Under the pieces are notes generated by a model. That model was not told the DNA's origin and made no database searches. It saw only the letters and a list, made by a program, of their open reading frames with translations. Shown piece after piece: positions 1-12,542 of a stretch of DNA of 64,000 bases. How positions within the stretch are numbered: position 1 is the first letter of the stretch; every line of letters starts with the position of its first letter. Source of the stretch: Octopus bimaculoides (Eukaryota); contig NC_068982.1 of NCBI RefSeq assembly GCF_001194135.2, forward strand, positions 159,111,821 through 159,175,820, in the 5' to 3' direction. Both the position numbers and the translations under genes were made by a program.

Positions 1-61
<61 letters not shown>

Positions 62-120
62 CATAATAATAATAATAATAATAATAATAAAAGCTCGTTA
101 TAAAAATAAAACTACTGAAC

Positions 121-167
<47 letters not shown>

Positions 168-177
168 CAACAACAAC
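1..177. repeat. (TAA)n microsatellite grading into (CAA)n
   Basis: Direct reading of taataataa...aacaacaac with one short interruption near 91-120. Confidence 0.97.
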
Positions 178-340
178 ATCGAAAAACACCTTAGGAATGA
201 GAACCTCTGTTCGAAATTTCCCCAAGACACCTGATGAAGCTTGGGTAGTATATCAGCCGAAACGTGTTAACAACAAACGAGATGAGGACGAATATCCGTC
301 AAATGTAAATAAGGTAAATAACGTATATAACTCCTCATCT
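178..340 (+). mobile_element. Short interspersed-repeat fragment with hammerhead core motifs, probably Penelope pLTR-derived
   Basis: ACAC-CTGATGA (227-237) ... CAGCC-GAAAC-GTGT (254-267) abutting the (TAA)n array. Penelope-like elements are known to carry minimal hammerheads. Family assignment is inference. Confidence 0.4.
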
Positions 341-493
341 CTTAAATATAGAACTGTACTCACTATTCTATATCACATGGTCTTCTTGTGTAGTACAAAT
401 TTTACTCCACTTTTTCCCATTACGCAATTCTCTAAAATTGCTCCTAAACATGATTAAGCTCTAACTAATCACTTAATGAAGTTAGCACCATAT

Positions 494-497
494 TCTC

Positions 498-541
<44 letters not shown>

Positions 542-585
542 TCCTTCTATCCTTCTATCCCTCTCTCTCTTTGTCTTTCTATCTT

Positions 586-629
<44 letters not shown>

Positions 630-660
630 TCTTTCTATCTTTCTATCTCTCTCCCTCTCT
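494..660. repeat. (CT)n/(CTAT) compound microsatellite
   Basis: Direct reading. Confidence 0.95.
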
Positions 661-2121
661 TACGGTCTTTCTTAGTCACTTTTCTCGTTGTACGTTTCTC
701 CATATCTCAGCATATACTTCCTCCAACGCTACCCCACCCTTATTTCTTGAATTCTTTCTTTCACTATTTCTGTCTTTCACTAAAGCCAGTCGTTATTCCT
801 AATTGATTTAAGGTCTGCTTAGTGACATACCCGATTACTAGTGGCGTCTCCTTTTGCCATACAGACCTTATTTTAACACTCCACTTCTCACTCCGACTCT
901 CTTCTACTTCCATTCACTCTCCCAATTAATGACCTCTCTCTCCTTCTTTTCAACTTGATCTTTCGCTGTCTCCCTACTTCCCCTCCCGAAAGCTACATAC
1001 ATTCTCCATCTTCCTGTCTTTTTTCAAGTTTTAAATCTCGCACACCATTATGCAAACTAAAAATGTCAGTTCTTTCTCCCTATGGAGGAGGCCGATGTTC
1101 GAGGAATATCTATAGGTGACCATTCAGTGCTTCTTGCACTTACCGTCTGCTTATGTACAATATAATTATTACGTAATTCTGAGCACCTAGAAACAGTTCT
1201 AGAGTTTTAAAAAAAAGTATGCATTTTGACTTTAGTATTCTGTATTTTTTATGCTCTATGTAAAACTGCTAGCCTGTAGGTATATGAAAGTACCTATATG
1301 CTTGTACATATATGTTTATCTCCTGAACATATTTTGTTATATATGTGCAATGTACATTCATGTAAGGCCTAATCGCGTTTATCTACATCACAATCTCTCT
1401 GTGCCTAGCTCACTGTATGCATATATATATATATNNNNNNNNNNNNNNNNNNNNNNNNNNNNNNNNNNNNNNNNNNNNNNNNNNNNNNNNNNNNNNNNNN
1501 NNNNNNNNNNNNNNNNNNNNNNNNNNNNNNNNNNNNNNNNNNNNNNNNNNNNNNNNNNNNNNNNNNNNNNNNNNNNNNNNNNNNNNNNNNNNNNNNNNNN
1601 NNNNNNNNNNNNNNNNNNNNNNNNNNNNNNNNNNNNNNNNNNNNNNNNNNNNNNNNNNNNNNNNNNNNNNNNNNNNNNNNNNNNNNNNNNNNNNNNNNNN
1701 NNNNNNNNNNNNNNNNNNNNNNNNNNNNNNNNNNNNNNNNNNNNNNNNNNNNNNNNNNNNNNNNNNNNNNNNNNNNNNNNNNNNNNNNNNNNNNNNNNNN
1801 NNNNNNNNNNNNNNNNNNNNNNNNNNNNNNNNNNNNNNNNNNNNNNNNNNNNNNNNNNNNNNNNNNNNNNNNNNNNNNNNNNNNNNNNNNNNNNNNNNNN
1901 NNNNNNNNNNNNNNNNNNNNNNNNNNNNNNNNNNNNNNNNNNNNNNNNNNNNNNNNNNNNNNNNNNNNNNNNNNNNNNNNNNNNNNNNNNNNNNNNNNNN
2001 NNNNNNNNNNNNNNNNNNNNNNNNNNNNNNNNNNNNNNNNNNNNNNNNNNNNNNNNNNNNNNNNNNNNNNNNNNNNNNNNNNNNNNNNNNNNNNNNNNNA
2101 TATGTTTATGCATAACAATAC

Positions 2122-2172
<51 letters not shown>

Positions 2173-2199
2173 CGTGTGTGTATGTACACATACACACAC

Positions 2200-2254
<55 letters not shown>

Positions 2255-2339
2255 CATGAGAAATGGAGAGAGGGGTGAGTGAGAAATCACTTAACCAGGC
2301 AAAAATTATTTCACTATCTTCAAATTGCTTGCTCCAGTA

Positions 2340-3180
2340 AAACATTTGAAACTATCGACTGAATGAGTTGTTTTTTAATGATATATTTACTATATCTCAA
2401 AATGTACTCACATTATATCTAACAGTTCCAGAAAATTTCGTGACATCTCAACATTTAAGCATTTTCCCTGTAATTTCATATCCATAATTTTCTATTTTCT
2501 CATATTCGGTGATATTTAACTCTTGTGGAAAATCTTGTCTTTCTTACCTCATACTTTCTCCAATTTCTTTCCCACATCCGAGTTACTTTCTCCTCTCTCC
2601 ATATTCATTTTTTTTCCCCTTGAAGTTTTGCATTCAGTTCAGCCTTGCTTTTTCCTGTCCAATCCATTCACTTCTGGTTCCACCTCTCCAACCTTACTCA
2701 TTGTTTTCTCCGAAATGTCCTATTTACGGTCGCTCAATTTTCTCATTACTCACTTTTCATACTTTTAATTCCCTTTGTCTCAGTTCCAACTCTGATTCCC
2801 ACGTCTCCCTTTGCTTTCAACGTTTTCTTCCTTTATTATCTGTTTCTTTTAATTTTTACAACTGTTACTTCCCGTTATTTCAAGCCGCCATTTCTACCTA
2901 ATTCTATCTTTCCTTATTCTTGCACTCTTTACTCCTCCTTCCTCTGTCTCTATCCCTATCTCTCTCAGTATCTCACTCTCTTTTTTCTCTCTCTCTCTTT
3001 CATACAAAAAATCTTTATATCCTGCATTCTTCTTTCTTGCTATTTATTTCCCCCACGCGTTTGAGAGCAATGCACCATTTTTATTTTGCGCTATTACTAT
3101 TCAACGTCCTTTCCTCTCGGTATCCTCCCTTTCTTTTGTGTATCTCTTGTCGAATGTCTCCACTTGAATAATTTGAGAAG
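2340..3180 (-). mobile_element. Possible very decayed LINE (RTE-like) remnant, pyrimidine-rich on plus strand
   Basis: Purine-rich minus strand. One short motif, EITGKMLKC (about 2450-2476), resembles the LINE pre-RT G.DEIT.EMLK motif. No continuous ORF. Confidence 0.2.
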
Positions 3181-3824
3181 ATCTCGTGTTGCAAAGACGA
3201 ACGTCATACGGTCCGGCAAAGATGATATATCATACAAAACGAAATAAAATAAAATAAGATTTAATGAATAGTCTTCCTGTCTATAGAATCCAGAAAGCTA
3301 TTTACCACTCACATGAATGTCTTAACAGAATTCAGCTCTCATTTTTCAATCCCCACTATAATTTTTTTTTTTTTTTTCGCTATTTCTATCTATGCTTTCA
3401 AACAGTAAAACTGTGTTCGAGACAAGATAAAATTTGACACACGCTTGCAGCTAAAATAATTTTGTACCAAGATTCTCTTTCAGAAATCGATATTCGCACA
3501 GATATTAAAACTTTCACAAAAATGTACCATTTCAGCATAACATTTTAAGAGTGTTTCCTCATTCCAAATGAGAAGAAGACAAAAGTTTACATCATTATCA
3601 TAATAATATTTTGTTATGCGTTTAATCAACTCTCATGAAGTTCTGGTAAATGTTTTGCTTTAGAATTTAGCGATATGTTTTTATTTTAAATGATATGATG
3701 TTTATATTAGGCTCACATAAGAAATACATATACTTATATATATGTTGATACATACACGTATACAGTCATATATGTGTGTGTATGCGAGTGTATGACTGTG
3801 TGTGTGCGTATATGTGTGTTTGCG

Positions 3825-4200
3825 TGTGTACTACAAACATATACACACAAACATATATAATTTAAAAAACAATAAACGTGAGCTGCTATTAGTTTCATGT
3901 TCGGATAGTCAAATAATCGACAAACACTCAAATACACATAGGTGTGTGTGTGTGTGTGGGTATGTGTGTGTGTGTGTGTGTGTGCGTGTGTGTTTGTTTG
4001 TGTGTGTTTGTACGACTCTGTATGTGCGAGCATGTGTGTTTGCATGTGTACACAAACATATGCACATAAAGACACACGAACAGGCCTATATCATTTAATA
4101 AACATAAAAAAAATAAATGTGAGCTACAATTAGTTTCATATTCGGATAGCCAAATAATAGACAAACACTCAGACAAACACTTAGACAAATACACATAGGT
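3825..4200. repeat. Diverged local tandem duplication (period about 240 bp) separated by (TG)n
   Basis: aataaacgtgagctgctattagtttcatgttcggatagtcaaataatcgacaaacactc (about 3870-3930) versus aataaatgtgagctacaattagtttcatattcggatagccaaataatagacaaacactc (about 4112-4170). Confidence 0.9.
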
Positions 4201-4248
4201 ACGTGGGTATATGTCTGTGTGTGTGTGTGTGTGTATGTGTGCGTGTGT

Positions 4249-4299
<51 letters not shown>

Positions 4300-4791
4300 C
4301 GCACATTTCACAAACGCATAAATATGATAGTGGAAAAGGATAGAGAAATTCGTAGAGAAATATGTACTCGTGTCTGTATCCGTTTGCAAAGATATATTAT
4401 GCATGAATTTGTGTAATTATAGAAAGCAAATCCCCATAAAAGCATGTACTAGTGAGCACTTTTGTTCAATAAGTGTATTTTTTATATGGTGTGTAACAGA
4501 CGATTTGTTCTTTAGCCGTTTTCATTTATTGGATGAATGTCTTATAAATTGATGATATATACTAGAAATTACGCCTTTTAATGGCTTAAGGGGAATAATA
4601 ATTTTGTTACTTTGTTTTCCGCTTGATCAGAACTAGCCAATTCCTGTAAATATAACGTTGATCAAACACACTCTAAACCGTCATCTAACCATCAAGAGCG
4701 TTAATCGAATTTCCGATCCATACTTTAGATTTGAAAATCTGTATTTCTCTTTTTACTGTTTTTTCCTTTCTACCACTCTCACACACACACC

Positions 4792-4823
<32 letters not shown>

Positions 4824-4914
4824 GTCTCTCTCTCTCTGTCTCTCTCTCTGTCTCTCTCTGTCTCTGTCTCTGTTTGTGTCTCTCTGATTTCTCTGTCTCC
4901 TTGTATCTTTTTCT

Positions 4915-5460
4915 TTTCCTTCTCTCTTTTCAGTCATTTGACTCCGGCCATGCTGAGCACCGCCATTAGTCAACAAATCGAGCCCAAGACGTATTCTTTT
5001 GTACGCCTAGTACTTATTATATCAGTGCCTTTTGCCGAATCGCTAAGTTATCGTGATGTAAACACACCAACATCGGTTGTCAAGCGATGGTGGCGGGACA
5101 AACTCAGACGCACACATACATATATACATACATGCATATACCTGTCTTCGTTTTTTTTTTTATTCCAACTATACACTTGCAAAAACATGTGAGGGTAGCG
5201 AACATAAAAAAAATCGACTTTCCTCTAGGAAGAACATTAGACAAATGAACAACCCAGAACCGGATAAGCTAGTACCTAGGTTTTGGGTTCTTCAAATACG
5301 TTTGTTATCGTACATTTGATTAGTTTTCTTCTGCTAGATTTACCTGGACAATATTTGAAATATTGCTACATCAATGTCACTATCAGAAGTCAGTTGCCCA
5401 AGGTTCCCCGCAGTGGGACTGAACCCGGAACTATGTGGTTAACGGGGAGCCACTACACAC
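4915..5460 (-). mobile_element. tRNA-derived SINE family A, interrupted copy
   Basis: 4915-5140 matches the tail and centre of the copies at 38271, 47763 and 61278. The head (ttgcccaagg..gcagtgggactgaacccggaac) resumes at 5387-5460. 5141-5386 is unrelated sequence. Confidence 0.88.
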
Positions 5461-5861
5461 ACACACACACACACANNNNNNNNNNNNNNNNNNNNNNNNN
5501 NNNNNNNNNNNNNNNNNNNNNNNNNNNNNNNNNNNNNNNNNNNNNNNNNNNNNNNNNNNNNNNNNNNNNNNNNNNNNNNNNNNNNNNNNNNNNNNNNNNN
5601 NNNNNNNNNNNNNNNNNNNNNNNNNNNNNNNNNNNNNNNNNNNNNNNNNNNNNNNNNNNNNNNNNNNNNNNNNNNNNNNNNNNNNNNNNNNNNNNNNNNN
5701 NNNNNNNNNNNNNNNNNNNNNNNNNNNNNNNNNNNNNNNNNNNNNNNNNNNNNNNNNNNNNNNNNNNNNNNNNNNNNNNNNNNNNNNNNNNNNNNNNNNN
5801 NNNNNNNNNNNNNNNNNNNNNNNNNNNNNNNNNNNNNNNNNNNNNNNATATATATATATAT

Positions 5862-6630
5862 ATTGTGTGTGGTGACTATAGTTGGGAGCAATAGTCCAAG
5901 CGGCTGAGTATGTATGCCCTCCAAATACCATCATTGCCTCCCTTTGTCATGGTTTGAAAGTCCAAAGGATCCATCCAGCTAGTTATCTGCATTTTATTAC
6001 TAAACTGGTAATATGTAGTTGGACAGAAGCATCATTGCTCATGTCAATGCTCAGGTCACGCCTGTTTTTGATTCAGGGATTGCAATTCATCCTGGACTAG
6101 TGTATCCTGTCCGCTTGCCGTTCAGGTGTGCTGGATGCTCAGGGCTTGGAATTTTCCTACATTAAACTGTATGTTGTTGTCCTTGTCCCACCTGTATATT
6201 GCGCACAATTCCCGTTGCAGATGTGAAATATTTTCAGGATTTTGTTTTGTGTGAGCGACTTGTGTGTCATCTACATAGCCCTCAGGAGTGGCCATCTGAG
6301 CAGCTGGGGACATTTTTTGAGAGGGTCGGTATGAATAGCAGCGGCCCTAATACAGTGCCCTGTGGAACACCACTTGCTATTTGTGTTTCCTTTTAGGTGA
6401 CTCCATCGGCCACAACGCCTGACGTCTATCATTTAGAAAATCGTACAGCCACTCTCCAAGCTTTCCGCCTATGCGGAGATCACGTATTTTGTGACAGCTC
6501 ATATCATGATCGACTTTATGAAAATACTTTTTTCTAAGTCGAGATATATCACATCCCCACTTGAGTAATTTGCAGGTGTTTTAAAACATAGTCGTTGTGT
6601 TGTAAGAGCTCCAAGGAATACGGATTGTGA
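5862..6630 (-). mobile_element. CR1/L2-group LINE reverse transcriptase fossil
   Basis: Minus-strand motifs across frameshifts: ELLQHNDYVLKHL, DVIYLD, KVDHD, GKLGEWLYDFL, GVPQGTVLGPLLFI, GYVDDTQV, LQRELCAIYRW..NNIQFNVGKFQAL, ILSRLDYCSQL. Confidence 0.9.
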
Positions 6631-8310
6631 TCTTAAGAGAAAGGCAATCTGTGTAAACGCGCGTAGCGATGCATTAAGTGCTTATAAATTCCATCCAAGG
6701 ATTAATATTATTGTTATTTTACTACTAAGACACACACATCTCAACCACACACATACTCACACACACATATATATATATATATATACATTCAAACGCACAC
6801 ATATTTATATACATACATTCATATATATATACATATATACATACATATATATATACATGCATATATATATATATACATAATGGAAGAGGGGAAAATATTG
6901 TGAGATGGGAGACAGGAAAGGGATAGTCTAGTTGCAGCAGACCCCTATATCTTGAAATTGTGTTTTCCACACATAGCTTAAAGAAAATCAATTAATCTTT
7001 GACCTTAAATGTTTATATTGGAACATACTAATTCGAATAAGAATGCGCATTTATTTTCTAATTTGCCTGTGAACTAATTAAAGGATTTATAACAGCGAGA
7101 AGTTACAAACAGTGTAGTTATGCTCTGTGTTTAGTTTACCGACGGAATGTATTGGTTGATGCTTATTTTAATTAACTCTTCCAGTTATTGGGAAGCTATC
7201 GTGTTGACGCGTTGACTAATGCAAGTAATGGAAATTATATTCAGAGATTACACATATAACTTGTATTCATAGAAATAATTTCCAGTAATTTGAAATCTTT
7301 TAAAATCTGCAGCTTATTTTTCAGCGTTTGTCCCGATCAGTCCATTATAGACTTATTTCTTCAGTTAACCTGTCTTAAAACAATTTTCATGAAATTCACA
7401 TTCGAAATATAAAAGTTAACAAATGTCTTATAAAGAATATACACATATTTCAGTATACTGTAATTTTCCCCATATGTGTATATACACATATATAGAATAT
7501 TTTTTCAAGAAACGAGATGAACAAAAAAAAAAATAGCACTAATCAGACTATACTAGAAATAGCGTTATCTATTTTTTTTATCTAATTTTTTTTTAATCAT
7601 GCGTAATTATAATTAAATCGCTCTCAAAGAAAACCAAAATTGTAAAATAATCTGGAGTTATTTTGTTTGCAGACGATAAGTTTATCAATAATTTAATGCG
7701 AGTATCAATAAGTTGATTAAAATGTTTTTAATTACTGCAAATATTTAGGAGCTAATTAACACAAACCATGAAATTAATTATGTTTTATAACCGACATAAC
7801 TTCACATATATCGTTTCTACTTTAAGTTAGGAGGACGACAAAACAAATTTATAAACAGACATTACCAAAGTACATACTTTTTCCATGATGCATTGTTGTA
7901 AATAGGTGAAAATCTCACAAGACCACACATTAAGTCTCAGAAAATAATGTCCATGAAAACATGAAATGTTTTCTACTGATTAACTCGAGTTCGTAACGTG
8001 CTATATATAATCAAAGAAATGACATTCTTCACATACTGAAAGTATTACATGTTAACAACACGTTTTAAAGCTATAAAACTTCTCTGCATCGATGATATCT
8101 GCCTTGGAATATAATAGGATAATCTTTAAGAAAATGTTAAATAGGCCGTATTACTTTTAATGGTGTAGTAGATATCAGGAAATGATCTTCTGAAGAAAAT
8201 ATTTTGTAGATCGGAGCTGATATATGTGAACATATATACAAATACAGACATGTAAAATCACGTGCGCACTAATTCATGTATACGTAAACACAACCTACCT
8301 ACATTATATG

Positions 8311-8354
<44 letters not shown>

Positions 8355-9162
8355 TACACACACACACACATATATATATATATATNNNNNNNNNNATAGA
8401 TACATACATACATACATACATACATACATACATACACACGTATGAATGCACATTAAATCGAGCACATTATATTTGTTACCCACACCTAAAACTTGATATA
8501 TTGATGATAGACATGGAATATACTACAGAGTGGGTGAAGAAATCCCTTATTCAAAATGTATAGCAAAAACTAGGTCAATATGAATGGTCTTGTTTGGCAA
8601 TTACAAAATAAGTTTGAGGTAAAAGCAAGTATAAATGTCAAAGCAATGAAAAATATGAGATGTAAAAGATCAAAGCGATATCGATAGAACAGAAAACTAT
8701 TCAGAAAATACGATTGCATTAAGGTTTAAGGGGCTGTAGAATGAGAAGTGAGAGGGATTTTTCACCTGCAAACTCTCAGCGTAATTCTTAAGTTCTTTTT
8801 CCTTTTTTTTTTTTTTTGTTCTGCTGAAGTACAAATGATATGGTTTGAATGTCACGAAGAAATGGTAAATATTATTCCATATAGGTCGGACATTTTACAT
8901 CGACAAACATGCACAGTGACGATGATACACAGGCAAGCTCATACCTCACAAAGACTATCATCCATATATACCCATGCCAACACATATAGAGTGGCTTACA
9001 AAATAAATAAGTGTCAATAAGGTCACCAAAGTTACCTAATAAAATGTGTTAAGTTGCCGATATGAAATTAATAAAAATTCTTGCTTCTGGAATTGTGTTA
9101 ATACATGCTCACACATTACTTGTACGAAACTATATCGATAGGAAAACAATAGCATCAATACG

Positions 9163-9203
<41 letters not shown>

Positions 9204-9360
9204 GTACGGAATGCTCGTGCCGATTTTTAGTCGTTCATGTGTCAATGCATTAGAACACGTCAAATGTATCAACACATATATTATGCTTACGTTTCCAGTT
9301 ACCGCACACTTCAAACTATTTCTTGAGAATGAAAATTTAAAATTACTTAATTCGTTTTAA

Positions 9361-10066
9361 TTTCGCATCCCTATTAAAATGAAAAATTATAAGGTGCTGT
9401 GTACGGTGAAGGTTCTTTGGCTGACAGAACTGTACCAAAATGGTTAGCTAAGTTTAGAGTTAGTGATTGTAGCCTTATTGATGAAGAACGCTCAGACAGA
9501 CCCCACCACTTCCATGAACACTTAGTGAAGCTTCAGTCTTCTAATCGCTAGGATGTTTCAGCACTATATTATCTGAGTGAAATCAATCTCTTCGATCATA
9601 TTTTCGTCTGTGATTTGCGGTATAAACGCAAAGAAATTATGACGGGTGATGAGAAATGGATCGTTTACAACAATGTCCAGCGAAAAAATCCTCGGGTATG
9701 TGACATAAGTCACCTTCAGCCACCCCAAAAGCAGGTTTTCATCCTAAGAAAGTCATGCTCTGCATCTGGTGGGATTGGAAGGGAATCCTGTACTATGTAA
9801 CCAACCAACTAAATTTGAGGAATAATGCTCGCATCTAAACGATTTAAAGGCACGAATTCAAGAAAAAACGCCCAGAATTGGCGAAGAGTTATCGGTGTTG
9901 TTTTCCATGAGGGTTATGCTAGACCTCACGTCTCATTGACGACTTGTCAAAAATTGTTACACCTTAGCTGGGACATTATCCCACCCGCCGTATTCCCGAC
10001 CTTAACGTGTTCTTTGCTACAAAATCACCGAAATTCTGGGAAGACGGAATATTTAAGTTGAAGAAT
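9361..10066 (+). mobile_element. Mariner transposase fossil (DD34D type)
   Basis: VYGEGSLADRT..KWLAKFR..EERSDRP, IMTGDEKWIVYNNV, HPKKVMLCIWWDWKGILY, FHEGYARPHVSL (degenerate HDNARPH) and KFWEDGIFKL. Multiple frameshifts and deletions. Confidence 0.93.
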
Positions 10067-10125
10067 CTTTAAGTTGAAGAATAAATAATGAATACATAAT
10101 GAATAAATAATGAACAAATAATGAA

Positions 10126-11496
10126 TAAAATCAAAACATTACTTAATGAATACCAAGATACTTTTACAGACGATAAAGATTATTTATGCAACTCTGTAAT
10201 TAAAGAGAGCAATTTCTACGGATTACTCAAAATTCCCCAAAAGGCTCGAAATACAGAGTGCCCATAAATGAGCGTAAGAACCAATACATAAAAATACTAA
10301 CAGCTACTATCCTCAAAGAGAAACCAATAGTTGCTGGACCTCAAGAACCAACGCAACTGAGTTATGCCCGTTAATACCTAATTGTATACGGGACGGCATA
10401 GATTTGCTCCAGCATATTCCAGCCACGTTACTGCCAACTTTCCTATGTTTTATCTTTTGCCTTTAACTTACATTACACATTAGACCGCAGTTATGCTGGT
10501 GATCCGCCCTCAAAATATTCAGTCGAAGTAGTCGACCGTAGTACTTTTTTTTGTTTTTAAGTGTGTTAATTATTTCATTGGCTTCTTTTGAAGCATGTAC
10601 TATTCTTACATGCTCTGATGTCACCAATTTTTATGCCAATATACCTCACGCTTTGGAACTGGAAAGCAGTCAAACACTGGATAGAGAAACATCGAGGACG
10701 TATAAATGTACGCTTCAAAACTGACTTCATCACCAAATCCAAACGCCTAGTACTAGAAGAAATCACCTTTAGATTCGATAATAAAACATATCAACAGATA
10801 AAAAGGCACGGCTATGGGGACGCGGTTTGCACCCTCATATGCTAACCTTGTCATAGGATACATGGAACAAAAGCTTTATGAGGATGTAGAGGGAGGTTTT
10901 AATCAGGATTGCAATAATTACGTCATTAAAAAGTGGAAACGCTTCCTCGTTGACTGCTTAATTTTTTGGGAGAAATCAAATGAGGACCTACACCTATTTA
11001 ATCATATACTCAACACACTTCACCCGTCCATCAAATTCACAACAGAATCCACTTGCAATGAATTACTATACCTGGATATTCATATAAAAATACACCACTA
11101 TAGGCCCACAAGAGACATATTTTACAAAAATCGGACAATTCCTACTCTTGTCATTCCTCACACATCAAAAGAAACACTACATACAATATCGCTAGACGTA
11201 TCTGTACTATAATGATTAACCTCAAAGTACGTCTAATCCGACTCAACGAGCTCAAAGACTTCCTAACAGACAGAAATACAACTTAGGATTAATAAACGAG
11301 GGAATTAAAAAGACGATGAACCTGAATATTCACACAACTAAGAACACCAAACACAATTAAAGAACACACGATCCCATTTATTAATGCGCACAATCCTGGT
11401 GTAGCCAACATCTTTCACATCAAAAAGTCAAACCTACCTTTACTTCTACAAAGCCCCAAAACGAAAAATCTTATTGATAAAAAACCCTTTCCGAAA
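10126..11496 (+). mobile_element. Penelope-like element, RT region fossil
   Basis: NFYGLLKIP (FYGLPKIHK motif), KPIVAGP, SDVTNFYANIPH, TFRFDNKTYQQ, MGTRFAPSYANL, WKRFLVD (decayed YxDD), LNTLHPSIKFTTE and LLYLD. Confidence 0.93.
10445..10550 (-). mobile_element. Degenerate SINE tail fragment inserted in the Penelope RT
   Basis: gaccgcagttatgctggtgatccgcc...agtcgaagtagtcgaccgtagtact resembles the family A tail. It interrupts the RT between IDLLQHIP and SDVTNFY. Confidence 0.55.
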
Positions 11497-11681
11497 CTAT
11501 ATATNNNNNNNNNNNNNNNNNNNNNNNNNNNNNNNNNNNNNNNNNNNNNNNNNNNNNNNNNNNNNNNNNNNNNNNNNNNNNNNNNNNNNNNNNNNNNNNN
11601 NNNNNNNNNNNNNNNNNNNNNNNNNNNNNNNNNNNNNNNNNNNNNNNNNNNNNNNNNNNNNNNNNNNNNNNNNNNNNNNNN

Positions 11682-11716
<35 letters not shown>

Positions 11717-11739
11717 AAAAGGAAGCAGACAGAATTTTG

Positions 11740-11910
11740 GATAATTTTCTATTGGCGTTTCTGTTCGTTTTGGGAACTCGTCAAGACTAAATCAAAATCA
11801 AAAAGGTAATTGTGATTCATTCTCTGATGTGAATTTTGCCCTTGTGTGGTGATTTTCGAGATTTTTTGTTTGGCGTCTTTCGTAAGGGGATTTTATCAAT
11901 AAGATTTTTT
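11740..11910 (-). mobile_element. Inverted Penelope-like fragment (RT-to-GIY-YIG linker)
   Basis: Minus strand encodes RRQTKNLENHHTRAKFTS, resembling the PLE RQPKNL..LTRAKF motif. 11878-11909 is the reverse complement of 11464-11496. Confidence 0.7.
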
Positions 11911-12483
11911 TATTGTAGGTTCTCCTCGTGACATTACAATTGTTTGCTTAGCAAGCCTTTGTCATCTTCAGAATGAATAATCGAGTAATGTTAGTCGGTC
12001 CAATAGGAAGAGCTTTTTGACAAAAGTATTCTGTGATATTTTATGTTAAAATCAATGATGTCACATATTTCATTAATGTTTTTTAACAAAGCCTCGGGTC
12101 ACAAAAACATTTGTGAGAAAGCTTTGGTAACAGAAAGTGAGCAGAGCAAATTCGATATAGCACAATAATCTGCGCCCTTAATTTATGTAAACCTTAACCC
12201 ACCTTTCACTGTGGCCCTAACAGAGACATGGATGCTGCCCATATTCCTTAGAATATATGGGAAGAAAATCCAATAATTGGCTTTAATTGACAGATAAGAT
12301 GATATTTTCGAAACGTGTATCAAAACAATAAAAAATAAAACATTTATTCCACGCTAAAAAGGGGTTAAATGTTTAAGTTGGCAGTTGGCTTGCATTGAAT
12401 GATTGCGAGGACATTACGATTCTCACAGAAATCTCTTCGTGCATTGAAGTGGCTTTGTAATATTCCAACCAACGACTGCACCA

Positions 12484-12542
<59 letters not shown>

